From contig NC_081332.1 in NCBI RefSeq assembly GCF_022539665.2, positions 1,364,001 to 1,428,000 on the forward strand: DNA of 64,000 nucleotides, in the 5' to 3' direction. The notes under the pieces are model-generated. The model did not search any database and was not told the origin of the DNA. It saw nothing but the letters and a program-made list of their open reading frames with translations. A program made the position numbers and the translations under genes. This document shows positions 1 through 12,012 of this stretch, piece by piece; positions within the stretch are counted from its first letter, which is position 1, and each line of letters opens with the position of its first letter. This DNA comes from Daphnia carinata. Lineage: Eukaryota.

Positions 1-12
1 CAGAATTCCAAA

Positions 13-728
13 ATGCGTTCGCAGTCAGCTTGTGGGTAAGTCTGCTAATTCCTTCTTGCTTCGAAATAATTGAATTGCTTTTTAAAAAATTGCATCTAAA
101 AGAGAGAAATTAACGCTTCAGTGTAAATGTATTCCATTCAGATTTTTAGTCTTGGTTGTTCTCGGTTGCGTGCTACCAACAATCTTTGCCGCTACGTCGA
201 ATATTGCATACGGTCACCAAGAAAACGAACTGGCAGTTAACGATAGAAACGATTTGACTGACGTCGATGAAAACGCGTTGATAGCGTTTATAATTAAGGT
301 GTGTTGAAATTTCATTTGTCTTTTCAATTTATTCGTCGAATTATTTGAATTCATTAATGGTTACTACGATTAATATTCCATAATTTCGTTCATTTGAGCA
401 GAAATTTGGATGCGCCGCGGTCAGAGCTGCTGCTACAGCGTGTAAGTTGATACGCAACGCTGAAATCAATGATGAAGGTAACACTTTAGTTATGCTGGCT
501 GACAGCATCTTAATTATCTTTTTTCTCATTATTTATTGTAAAAGTTCTGCTCGAGAGATCTGGTGACGAATCTATGGACCAAATTGACATGAATGCCGTG
601 GATTTAGCTAAGGTAGGATAAACAAACATGTTCTTCATTGCAAAAACTATAGCTGATACGGCATTTCATTTCAGAAATACGGTTGTAGGATAGTAAAACT
701 CTTGGCGAAGGCTTGCAAGATAATCTAG
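13..728 (+). CDS. Secreted prepropeptide with two tandem acidic-spacer + cationic C-x9-C peptide modules (5 exons, 125 aa)
   Basis: Exons 13-35, 142-298, 402-477, 545-612, 675-728 are joined by GT-AG introns with consistent phases. Product: MRSQSACGFLVLVVLGCVLPTIFA (signal)...DVDEN-ALIAFIIKKFGCAAVRAAATACKLI-RNAEINDE...QIDMN-AVDLAKKYGCRIVKLLAKACKII*. Confidence 0.8.
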
Positions 729-1239
729 TAAATAAGTGGCTACGATTTCAGGATGGGTACTTTATTGATCGATAATCGTTTGTGTTCTGGTGGAGAGGCA
801 ATAAAAAGGGAATTTGCATATCAATGTCGATGTTATATGTTTCCAGTTCATCAAAGTGGTGTTGATGTGCGTCAACAAAGATTTTTCTAAAATCCGTTGT
901 CCAGTTTACATTATTTGCAGGATTGGTGAAACTGCCGAAGGTCCTTGAAATCATTCTAGTAAGTATTACGTCATCGAATTCTAGGAAAGCATATGCAGTA
1001 GCCACTCTTAACGCTGATCATCAGTGTCATCTGGTAATATCTAAATGTTTCTTGGAATCTCATTAATTCAAGGATTAATAAGCAGATTCACCTTAGGGAC
1101 TACCATCATTATCACGACCGGACTTCCTAGCAAACCCATTAATGGGATGGGGATACTAAGGGATGCTAAGTTTGATTTAAATACTACGTCATTTTTCAGA
1201 ATGTATCACACTCTTCTTCCAGCCAACAACAAAGAAACA

Positions 1240-1719
1240 ATGGGTCAAAAGCAGTCTTCTTCTCTAACTGACATCGAAATCGACATGATGAATAGAACTG
1301 ATTTATCCTCCCATTTCACCAGCACCATGAGGTAACTAACAATTTTGTTTTTATTATTGTGAATGTCAAGTAATTTAACAAATTTCATTTTTAGCAGTTC
1401 CTATCAGCCGGATGAATGTTTTCATTGCGGGGCCAGATTGGAAGACAATATCTTATTTGATTCGAGCAGAGGAAAATCATCTGGAGACATTTCGGCTGTC
1501 CGATGTCGTCCGTGTCGCATTTGTCAGTCGACAAATGTCATCTTGGTGAAATTCCGAGAGGTTACCACGTCATGCCGTCGTTCTTTTCGAAGTCATCCCA
1601 CTGCTGATACAGAATCACAACCTTTCAGTTTAAATGGTAATCACAATAACATGCACCATGCAACATCACATAACCGGACCCAGCCCTCACATGATGGAGG
1701 AGTTTCTACGTTTCTTTAA
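1240..1719 (+). CDS. Small protein with N-myristoylation-like start (MGQKQSS) and CxxC...CxxC zinc-ribbon-like motif
   Basis: Exon 1240-1331 (donor GTAACT) splices in phase to a NAGNAG acceptor at 1394/1397 and continues into ORF 1363-1719 (CFHC...CRPCRIC). An alternative in-frame ATG lies at 1201. Confidence 0.55.
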
Positions 1720-2075
1720 AACCCTTGACCACAAGTTCTATTATAAAAACAATTAGCAAGAAGAACTTTTAATTGCTTTTGTGCAGTTTTGATTAACATA
1801 AAATGTGATAGTCTCAACTTCTTCATTTCGCCTTGTTTTCAACGTTGGGAATGACACCTCTTGAAACGGAGGAAAATTCTAATTAGTTTTTATACTTGTA
1901 GAATAAAAATAAACTGTATGTTTGCTAATAGACATTCATTTATTCATTAAACCTCTGCCATTACAAGGACAAAAGTGAATTTCCCATATCCTGCGATCTT
2001 ACTGATTCGTTAAAAAGTTTTTACCAAAACTAGTCCGTTCATCGTGGTCGTATTTTGTTAGTGGGCTAAGAAAAT

Positions 2076-2693
2076 CTAAAGATCTTTCGTCATCATCGTT
2101 TGGATGAATTTGAACTGAGAAGCCAAATCGTCTTGTTGGGTCTCGTCTTGTTGAAGCTCGTCTTGTTGAAGTTCTTGTTGAAGCACGTCTTGTTGAAGTT
2201 CGTCTTGTTGGGGCTCGTCTTGTTGGGGCTCGTCTTGTTGAAGCTCAGATCGTGGGGCAGATTCATCCATGGAAGCAACTTCAGCCACGCTATCATCGGC
2301 AGGTGTTTCGATTTCATCAGCGACCTGCTGATTGTCTTCTTGAACATCGGCAGCTACTGGCTTGGCAGTGGTTACGGCAACCGGGGACTCAACACTAGCT
2401 CGGCTAGTAACTGCTTTGGCCGCGGCATTGGCTTTTCTTTGTTGAATCCACGAGCTGAGAAAACTGGACAGAAAATCGAAGTTGGAGTTTTCGTTGCTAT
2501 TTTGATTGATGTTAGTGTTGCCTGTCGGTTTGCATTGGCTATTCACAACGCAAACGGCCAAGACGAGAGCAGAAAGAACGACCTGTTGGGTATTTTAAAG
2601 GAAAACATCATTTTCATTTAACGATTATTTAAGCAGTGTGTATAAACTGGAAACCAAAGGCATTAGTGAAGTTTTACTTACAAAGATCTTCAT
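2076..2693 (-). CDS. Secreted Asn-motif protein with acidic QQDE(L/P) repeats
   Basis: Exon 1 2693-2682 (MKIF, donor GTAAGT); exon 2 2582-2076 (VVLSALVLAVCVVNS signal peptide, NTNINQNSNENSNFD motif). TATAAAA lies upstream on the minus strand near 2780. Confidence 0.8.
2127..2245 (-). repeat. Coding 15-bp minisatellite (QQDE[LPVT] units)
   Basis: Tandem CTCGTCTTGTTG(AAG/GGG) units on the + strand. Confidence 0.85.
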
Positions 2694-3390
2694 ATTGATT
2701 CGTTTGAATGAAAGGAGAGCTGATGCTTTGAGAACGAAGCTTGGAAACTGATGACTTCTGATGATTTTCTGTGTCTTTTTATACTTTGCTTACTTACAGG
2801 AAAAGTTACGGAGTTTACCTGGGATCCAACGTTCGTGGCTGTCCTTTAGTTGTTTTGCGATGAACTTTGTCGTGTTTATGAGTTTTAATTCATTAGTTCA
2901 ATTGGTTTTCTTCTATCAATATCTCGTGTTCAAATAGGACCTTCATACTCACGATTTAGACAAGTCAAACCTGTTCAGAATTGATGACAGGTTAATTGGG
3001 GAAGAAAACATACCCATTTTGAGCAGCTAATCAAAGTAGGGAAATAGACTAAAGACAATAATAGAGCTCCAAGGAACACAATTATATATCATCCTAACTA
3101 ATCCAAGGTTAGTCGAATGCAATTTCGTCTGCCACCAGCAGCCCTTCATGGACGTATGGGACAAGTAATTGGAACTCTGGCCAATTAATGAGGTGAGCAA
3201 ATGCAGAAACTTGATTTTGATTAAAGGTAATGTAAACGAATGAAGCTCGTTGGTTGCTAAAACTTCTATGTTCTTTGCCAAGGAACAATGGCAACAGTTG
3301 TAGTATAAAAGCGTTTGACAATGCAGTGTAATTTCAGCAGATCCATCTTCCTCATCTAGCAACCCACATCCCACAACTTTAGCGAACAAC

Positions 3391-4023
3391 ATGCATTTTA
3401 CGGTAACTATCAAATTATTTAAAAGTTAACTGCAATGTCCAAAACAAAATATGAGTAATTTTATATTAATTTTAAAGGCATCCTCAGCTATCATTGTACT
3501 AGCAGTTTGCATGGCATCGACTATTGATGCTAGTAAGCTTCCAGTTACTAAAATGATGTCTCAAAGAACGATGATGCATCGTCCATCGTCACAGACTAAC
3601 ATCAACATCAACGAGAATGATAACGAAAACTACAATTTTCTCTTCAGCTCACTTATTTCTGAACTGCTTGCCAACATGAGCCAGGACTCAGACCAAGATC
3701 CGTGTGATAGCGACGATGACGACGATTCTTGCTTTTGGAATATCATTACAGCTAATCTTCTCGCGAAATCAGCAAAGACTGCCAAGAAAACTGAAAAAAA
3801 AGTTATTGCTGATGATGGAACTGACAAGCCAATCCTCGAAAAAGTTATGGATGATTCCAAAAGCCTTCGATCACGCCATGGTTCTGGCCCCAGCAATTTT
3901 AATTTCAACTCCAACAGCAACGAAAATACCAACATTGATATCAGTTCCGCCTTCGCATCTTTGCAACAGTTCTTGAAGAACAAGAACAGGAAACTTGCCA
4001 AGGCCACCGTCAAGAAAGATTAA
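3391..4023 (+). CDS. Secreted Asn-motif protein, divergent paralog-like partner of the 2076-2693 gene
   Basis: TATAAAA at ~3304. Exon 1 3391-3402 (MHFT, donor GTAACT); exon 2 3478-4023 with a signal peptide and two copies of the N-x-N-x-N-x-N-x-NEN-x-N motif. Confidence 0.8.
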
Positions 4024-5466
4024 AACAATTATGGCAATTACGACATGGACTTTGGCAATGGACAATCGAAATCAGCGACACAATTTTCTTTTTTTCTTGA
4101 TTAGGAATATTGCAATGAATGGTTCCAGAGGAGTTTCAAATAAAAGCAACAAATTATAGAATTATGCATCCCTCTTTTTATTTTTAATGGTTTAATAAAA
4201 AGTTGAATCACAAGTATACAATGAGGAGTGAGGAGTTGAGGACAGCTAATTTTGATTCAACTGATTCAAATATGACAGGAGTTTCTAATTTTTTTTTCAG
4301 TCAAATGAACAGCAATAAATCATAGGGATGATAATAATGACCTAACTTTTAGCCAAAAATCAAAGTAATTAAAAAATTATTGCAAAGATTATTTTAATTA
4401 TTATTGTATAATTAAATCAGGCAACCATGGATGGAAGACCGCAATTTATACGTAGTTCATTGTGCGCCATTAGCCTGGCAAAATGCTATCGATAGTTGTG
4501 AGCGTAAAATATAATAGCCACCTGAGCAAACTAATTCAATCTAATTGCATTAGAACATATATTTTAAAATTGCGAGTAAACAATACGTCGATTTGCATCA
4601 CGGACGTTTTGCTTACCCACACCTAATGCCTGGCGAAGTAAACTATTTACTGCCATAGTGTGCCTGAAGCCTGAAAATTGAAGAACTTCCAAGACAGGCA
4701 GGGGATGAGTATGAAACTGTTCTAAAATCCTTTTGATGTAAAACAAGGCTAATGAGTTTTGCTTTCTAGACCCATAGCATCTGCAAGTAATGCACAAGGT
4801 CAAGAAATCAAGAAGGATAGGCGATTAATTCAATGACAACGGTTCGGAAACTGAAGACCCATCTACAGCAAAATTGCCGCGTACGTATAAGATTTGAATT
4901 GGTAAACTTGTTTCTTTATGGCCGAATATGTGTACCTTGATTATGCACGTGATTGTTCACTGGAACGAACGTAAAAAGGGTCATAAAAACGTAACAGTGA
5001 TGTGTCACGAAAACATCCGGATCGGCGTGTTAGTGGGTTCTGAAAAACAAAGTTAATAGTTCGTTGTTGGTTGCCGATGAATGTGTAAACGTGTCCAGTC
5101 ACCCATAAAATTGCTCCACCGATGTAGTTAGGAACCTTTTTCTAGCAATAAGCGTATTCAGAGCAGTGATGGGCAGTGACCTGAAATGACAGTAAAAGTT
5201 GGCCCAAATAAAATGTTAATACTAATGTATGTTTGAATACTAGTTTTTGGCTTTTATTTTCCTGTTTGTGTAGAGTCTAGACAGTAGGATTATAACACGT
5301 AATCGGATATTAAAGAGAAATAATTTTCTGCTCTAGATCTCTCGGCCATAGCTTTTGACCTACCCTTGGAAATTGGTCTGACGTAAGAGCGCTGTTTTTA
5401 CCACCTATAAAAACCATGGACTGACTCTTGAGGTCAGACTTTTTTTTTGGAAAATTCATCACGATA

Positions 5467-7387
5467 ATGTCGTTTAGTACAGTTGTCGTCCTTGGTCTCG
5501 TTTTGGCCGTCCCAACTGCTAAGTCTCTGATAAAACCCATGACTGGCGTTCATTTGAAAGTATCAGCCTATTACGTAAGTAAATTGTTATACCTACACCT
5601 TTTTTTCATAGTGGCCATTAGAGAATACTTTTTGTTTTGTTTTTTTACAGGAACCACCGATTTTTACGTTTGTAAAGGACGTGCATAATTCGAGCATTAT
5701 TCAGTATGCTGGCCTGTACAAGGACATTATGGATTGGCTGTCAACTTCCTTAAATTTCACGTGAGTTTAACTCTTTCAAAATATTTGGTTTTCTCATTTC
5801 GTTCGAATGCCATGAAAACACTTGAACATTTGCGTTTTATTCATAGCTATTCATTTGTTGAAGTGCCAGCCAACGCCGTGAAAACACACGGATCTCTCGA
5901 TTCCACTCTGATCGACTATTTGATCAGAAAAGTATGCACAACTTTGATGAATTGAAAAGCGGAGGGATGTGTAAAAAAATTTGCATTCTTCTATTAGGAA
6001 GTTGATATGATTTCTCGTTTGATGACTCCCAGGGTTGATCTTCTTGGCATTATGGATTTTACCACACCCGTTACCGTGACGCAATTTGCGTTTACGCAAC
6101 CATTTCCTAAAGTCGAGGAAGATATCTTAGCGTCGGTGAAACCTTTTCAAAAGATGGTAAGTTCTATAAGTTCCATTACTTAAAAAAATGGAATCTCCTA
6201 TGAATGACGTATAACAGGTGTGGCTCTCAATTGGCGTTTCTTTTATTGCCGTTATTTTGGCAATGACGTTTGTGGTAAAGAAAGGATCGATAGAACATTA
6301 TAAGAACAAAACAACTGCTGGTATTTCAGCGGAGTTGGCCATGTATGGATTTCTTATTCTCCTCGGCCAAGGTAAGATTTAATAAAAAAAAATGGCATTG
6401 AATGTTAACATAAATGTCTAATTGGCGTAAAACAAAATAGGTGGACGTTTGCCAAGCAGTCGGCTGTCTTTGCGTTTGATAGCGGGATCTTGGTGCTTGA
6501 TGGCCGTCGTTCTTGGCTACGGCTTCAGCGGGACATTAATCTCAAATATTACCGCTCCGAAATACGACCCAGTAATCAATACTTACGAGGACATGGCAAA
6601 CAGCAAAACAATGCGGATCACCGTAGCAAGAGGAAGTCCATTTGCACAGAATATGCTGGTATAACGCACCTTTATAAGAATCAAATCTTTAATTCTTACG
6701 TTTCAATCGTTTGATAGAATGCTACTTCGGGAGTGATGGGAAAACTTGGTAATTCGTTGAGACAAAATCCTGGAGATTTAATTCTGCTACTACCTCGTCA
6801 AATGTCAGGTCATTTGCTTACGGGTTGCTGCGCTTACCTTGAGGTTAGTTTTCCATTTCACTATTATGGTAATAATTTTCAACATTGCATTTTGAACTCA
6901 GTCTAAAACTATCGGTGATATCATCGTTCGCACGGTCATGTTGAAATCAGGTGGAAAGTGTCTTTTGACTACCGGCAAACCCGTCGATTACTCTGAACTA
7001 CTCAGTTTCGGCATAACTAAAGATTTCCGTTACCGCTCCATCATCGATAAACAGTTGTGGCTATTCCAGCATAACATAGCATTGCAAGAAGTTACCTTAT
7101 TTTTATTGGACAGGTTGCAGCTGATGCGTGAAAGCGGTCTGTTTTCGTTCTTCAGGAAGAAATACGTCGTAGAGGCTGATAAATGCAATGCCCGTCAGGT
7201 GTTGCAACCAAAAAAGAAACCGTTGGCGCTCTTTGATTTTGCAAGTGCATTTTTCGTGCTGGGCATAGGAGGCATCCTTTCTCTCTTGGTCTTCTTCAGC
7301 GAATGGATGTCGATTATTTATCTGCGTCGTGGTCGTGTCAATCACTGTCGACATCCAGCAGTAATAAATACTGAAGAATTGATGTAG
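5467..7387 (+). CDS. Divergent ionotropic receptor (iGluR-related chemosensory IR), multi-exon
   Basis: Signal peptide; S1 segment (MDFTTP...KPFQ); M1 (VWLSIG...); pore/M3 (LRLIAGSWCLMAVVLGYGFSGTLISNIT.PKY); S2 (MRESGL...C); terminal TM (LFDFASAFFVLGIG). Exons are GT-AG bounded. Confidence 0.9.
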
Positions 7388-7879
7388 AACAATCAGCTTG
7401 GCAATGGACCAGACATGAATATGGTGTTTGAGTTTCTATTCATCTTACGTCAGTCTAATGCAATATTCTAATCATATTAATTCTAATGTTATGCTAGCTT
7501 TTTCTTGAAGATAGCTAGTGGTTTTATCATTAAAATTTATACTGTTCGCTACGATATTAGTTGACGCAGTCGACAGACGGTTTCTGCAAAATCCATGTCT
7601 TAACAGAGGAATTGATATGTAAAGTGGCCATTTGTATGCCTCAGTGATTGAATCAACGTATCCTAAACTGGGACGAAAAGCAGCAGGGCAGTATGAAGAA
7701 TACTGCAAACGAATAATTTACAGTACCTACGGTTGACGTAGGAGTTCTTAATGCCTTACAGTTCTACATAAATGGATTGCTTTTTGTTATCATCTGCAAC
7801 TTGTATACTTGAGACCGTGAAAGAGACAAGATAGTCTCACATTAGTAGGAAGGTCAATCGTGAAAACAGTTCGCCAATA

Positions 7880-9787
7880 ATGTTCTTCGTCACTGGATTT
7901 TTCTTTGGTGTTTTACTCGTCGTCGGAAGTTTGGCCAAACAAATGACTGGGGTACATCTGAAAATTGCAGTTAATCACGTAAGTAAATGAAGTAAAATTC
8001 TAGTCAATAACTACTTTAAAGTGAAGAGGTGTAAATTTATTATTAGGAACCGCCAATCTTCTCCATCATCCGGAATCCAACTAACGAGAGCTCAGTCCGC
8101 TACTCTGGTTTCACCAAAGATGCCTTTCAAATTCTATCCAGTGTCCTCGGTTTCACGTAAGTCTGATATGATTGTTGTTTTTATAGTATTTCTTTTTAAG
8201 ACTTCGAATATAATTAGATTATATGTTGCCAGGTTTTCGTTTGTGGAAGTCACACCGACTATGGTCAAAAATAAAGGATCAATTGATGCTGCCATGGTTC
8301 ACCAACTATTGGGAAAGGTATTTCACAAGCTTTAATCAATTATAATACAACTAATTTTTAAAATGTATATATATATATATGTATATGTATATATATATAA
8401 TAGAGCGCTGATATTGACGGACGACTTATTTCCCCAACTGCGGAACGTTTAGAGTACATGGATTTTACCCTGGCTGTCTCTGTTTTGAATTTCGCCATCA
8501 TCCAACCAATGCCCAACATTAATAATCGATTCATGGCGCCGTTCAAACCCTTTCAGTCAACGGTACATAGTTCTAATGCACCTGTGAATGAATAACTTTA
8601 AAACTCAATTGAAATTTCGATTTTTTTTATCAGGTGTGGTACATGATTTTCGTTGCATTCGGTGCCACCGTCGTCTTTCTCAGCATGATCACGAAATGTA
8701 CCAGATCAAGCAAACCTATTCCGAGGCAAATGCAATCGAGAGTGTTCCCCGGAGCCGCTTGGTACACGTTTAGTGTCTTAGTCGCACAAGGTAATTGTCT
8801 TTTTTTTTTTTTTTTTACCTTTATTCAACTATTGGAAAGAGTTGTATTGCATAGGCGCATATTTCCCGTCCAATCGTGTGTCTCTCCGTTCCATCGCCGG
8901 TTCATGGTGTCTGGTGGCAGTCGTTTTAGTTTACGCCTACAATGGTACGCTGATTTCTCACGTATCGCTACCAAAGTATGAACCAATCGTTAATAACTGG
9001 GCAGACCTCGCAGCCAATAAGAATCTGCGCGTTACCGCTCAAAGAGGAAGCCTTTCTGCTAATATCATCTTGGTAACCTTTAAGAAAAAAGACAATGCGA
9101 AATATGCGTAATTTGGAAAAATTCTGTGATTATGCAGAGCTCAAAAACAGGTTCGTTGAAAACGTTGGGTGATTCGTTGAGACGACATCCTGAAGATCTT
9201 TTGTTGTCGTTACCTGGTGAACTGGAGAGGATTTTGCATTCGGGTTGCTGTGCCTACGTTGGAGTTACTACATTTCTAATTAGACAAATGCCATTTTTCT
9301 GTTAGTTATCAATTAAATGCATTGTTAATTAGGTCAAGAGGCTAGGAGAGCTCATAGTTTATGGGAGCATGATAGCTCATGGAGAATGTAAGCTGACTAT
9401 GGGCAAAGAACTTGATTATTCACAAGTTTGGACTTTCGGCGTCGCTAAAAATTTTCCTTACCTTTCAAGCATCAACAAAGGGTAACTATGAAAGAAAATG
9501 CAAATTCATGTTATTAACAATTATGGAATGTTAGCATACAATCGATGCGGCAAAGTGGACTTCTCACACGAATTGGGAAAACGTATTTGAAACCAATCGA
9601 TAAATGTTTGGCTAGTTCTGCTGCTCGACCCAAACAAAGTCAATTGACTCTTTACGATTTGGCTGGTGCTTTTACCATCATTTTCGGCCTGGGATGTCTT
9701 TTTTCAATTTTGGTTTACCTGCTAGAAATGGTGGTGCCGTACCTAGTTAGCAAGACTCGTAGCCCGGATGCGGAAATTACGCAGTGA
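7880..9787 (+). CDS. Divergent ionotropic receptor, tandem paralog of 5467-7387
   Basis: Same exon pattern; MTGVHLK, MDFT, KPFQ, LRSIAGSWCLVAVVLVYAYNGTLISH, MRQSGL, LTLYDLAGAF motifs. Confidence 0.9.
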
Positions 9788-12012
9788 AATATTTCTAATG
9801 AACAAAAGGGAACGTGTGTTCCAAACTTTAACAGGAAAAATGGTTAGATCTAAATATCTATCTTAAGAATACACAGACGTGCGAATTTACGCAATTATTC
9901 TACCCCATATTAATCAATTGTTGATGGAATATACAAAACTTCTATTTGGTATAGGTTTTTCTTTAAAAACATGAAGTGGTAAACAAAAATGGTACCAACA
10001 TTTTATCATTTTCAAAATTGCTCTACGTGTATTGAAATTCAGTGAATACAATTACATTTAAATTTATAAGACTATCCACATATTTTCATTTAAATGTATA
10101 GCATATGTCTGGAATATGACCGTTCTTCTCCTGCACTGGTTTGGATATAGGAAGAGCTCTTTGGAGCATTAATGAATGATGTAGATTGTCATTTGTTAGT
10201 TGTGTAGGACCGTTTTCCCTCCTTTTGTGACATAACAAGAGTGTCATAACAATACATTTGAAAGAAAGCTGTTGAATACAAGATGTGTCCTTTATGGATT
10301 TTTCTATTGATTAATCAAGAAAATGTCATGAATTTATCGATCGCTATCGATTCAAACAACAGCGTACACGTGTCTGAACCAGGCAAGATGAGCAATACGT
10401 GGGTACATTTTCAATACTTACACCTTCGTGGCTGATTTAGGGCTCTCTACAAATGAATCACGTCAATAAGCATTTGCAAAAGTATTTGATAAACTTTCTT
10501 AATTGCGTACGTACAATCCACATTGCAAGAAAACTATGGAAATCAAACAAAATGTAAGCTTGTGAGCTTGGACATGTCGTTCACATATTTTCTGTTTAAT
10601 TCCGCTACTGTTTTTAATCTCACAATTGTTTATGCACGACGTCAATAAGTCGTTTATATTAATTTTCTTTCATAATAGCTTGAAATATTCACCCTTTTTG
10701 CAGCAGACGTAAAACGTGCGATATCTGGGAGGTGGTGACGGTTTACGTAACCTGTCCTTGGAATTTTCAGGTGGAATCGTTCTCTTCCCTACGAACATAA
10801 AAGTTTTTCAGGTTATAAAAGGTGCACGTGCAAAAAGGTCAATAATCAGTGTGTATTTAGATACTTTAAAAGGGTTGATGTCTAGCCGTTCAAATCAATA
10901 GAAAAAGTGGTACCAAGCGAGACCCACGTCTCACTTTTCATCTGCTCAGCTAGTAACCTACCGCCAAAACCTATTTGTTTATATTCTTCTTTAAGCTACC
11001 ACCGAAATATTTTGCCTCCTCATGGATGCTATAGGTTAACAAAATTTAATAATTTGGTCTCAATTTCAGGGATCTGTCACCTTATATTAGCAAAATTTGT
11101 ATATTTGTCCTTTTGAATGTGTCACACATGCCTTCTATCACCTTATCACAGAGAAACTATACATGTGTTGTGAATGATTATAATTTAATTACAATTTTGA
11201 TTCTATTTCTCCTTTTGGAATGTTTATTATGTTCATCTTCTGGGTTCTATAATCTGGTAACAATTCAGACAAAGGAAACTGCTACGTCAATTCAGTTATC
11301 CAGCAATAGTTGAGCTATAGGTCAGTTCTCACATTATTAGCCTAAAAATTTGTTTGAGGTAATACTGTCCTTTTTTACAGGTTAGACATTTCACTGGAAA
11401 ACATTCAACATGCTGGCTGGGTTGGGAAATGGATGGAATCAATTGGTGAGGTAAACCTTTTTCGTTGGGACTTTTTTCACTTGTGTATTCTATTGAGAAA
11501 GGGAAATAGGCTTTTAGTTTGACAGCATGTTTAGTTGTTACTGCATGCAGGGCACATGTTCATGTTGCATTACAATTGTGGAGGTGGGATCTGTCCAAAT
11601 TTGTTTCTGTTGTTATCCAGGACCAGAAACAACATTTTATATTTTTTCTATTTCAATAGTGTATTTAGTTGGATGTCTGTCGATTCGTTAACATGAAAGC
11701 TTATTATCCTAGTTCTCTAATGGTATGCTCTAATGGTACGTTCTCCAATCTAGTAATAGTAACCTGTTTTCTTCAGGGCATATTTATTATTTAATAGTAA
11801 TATAGCTTCATGTTTACATGTTTAGGCAACCCAAGATGGAGAGGACAACATTTATTTTGCCACCATGTTACGAATAACACATATTTGACAACTAATGCTA
11901 CTTAAAATAATGAAAAGGAGTAGCCTGAACATTTGATGTGGTAATATTTTACCCTGCACATCTTGGCGGCAATGGCAACTTTTTGTCGTAAGTATAAGCA
12001 TGAAAAGTTCTG

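Noticed and set aside
748..1005. 85-aa minus-strand ORF
   Set aside because: Non-ATG start, no recognisable domain or splice support.
2093..2621. Overlapping Leu-rich (+) and NKT-repeat (-) ORFs
   Set aside because: Alternative frames of the 15-bp coding repeat; the spliced signal-peptide frame explains the locus.
4421..4503. Exon-like segment reading YVVHCAPLAWQNAIDSCE, reminiscent of a C-type lectin N-terminus
   Set aside because: No following exons with lectin motifs; too short to support.
10700..11900. Cluster of splice-like signals between IR genes (possible lncRNA)
   Set aside because: No ORF and no clear snoRNA boxes; cannot be supported without transcripts.
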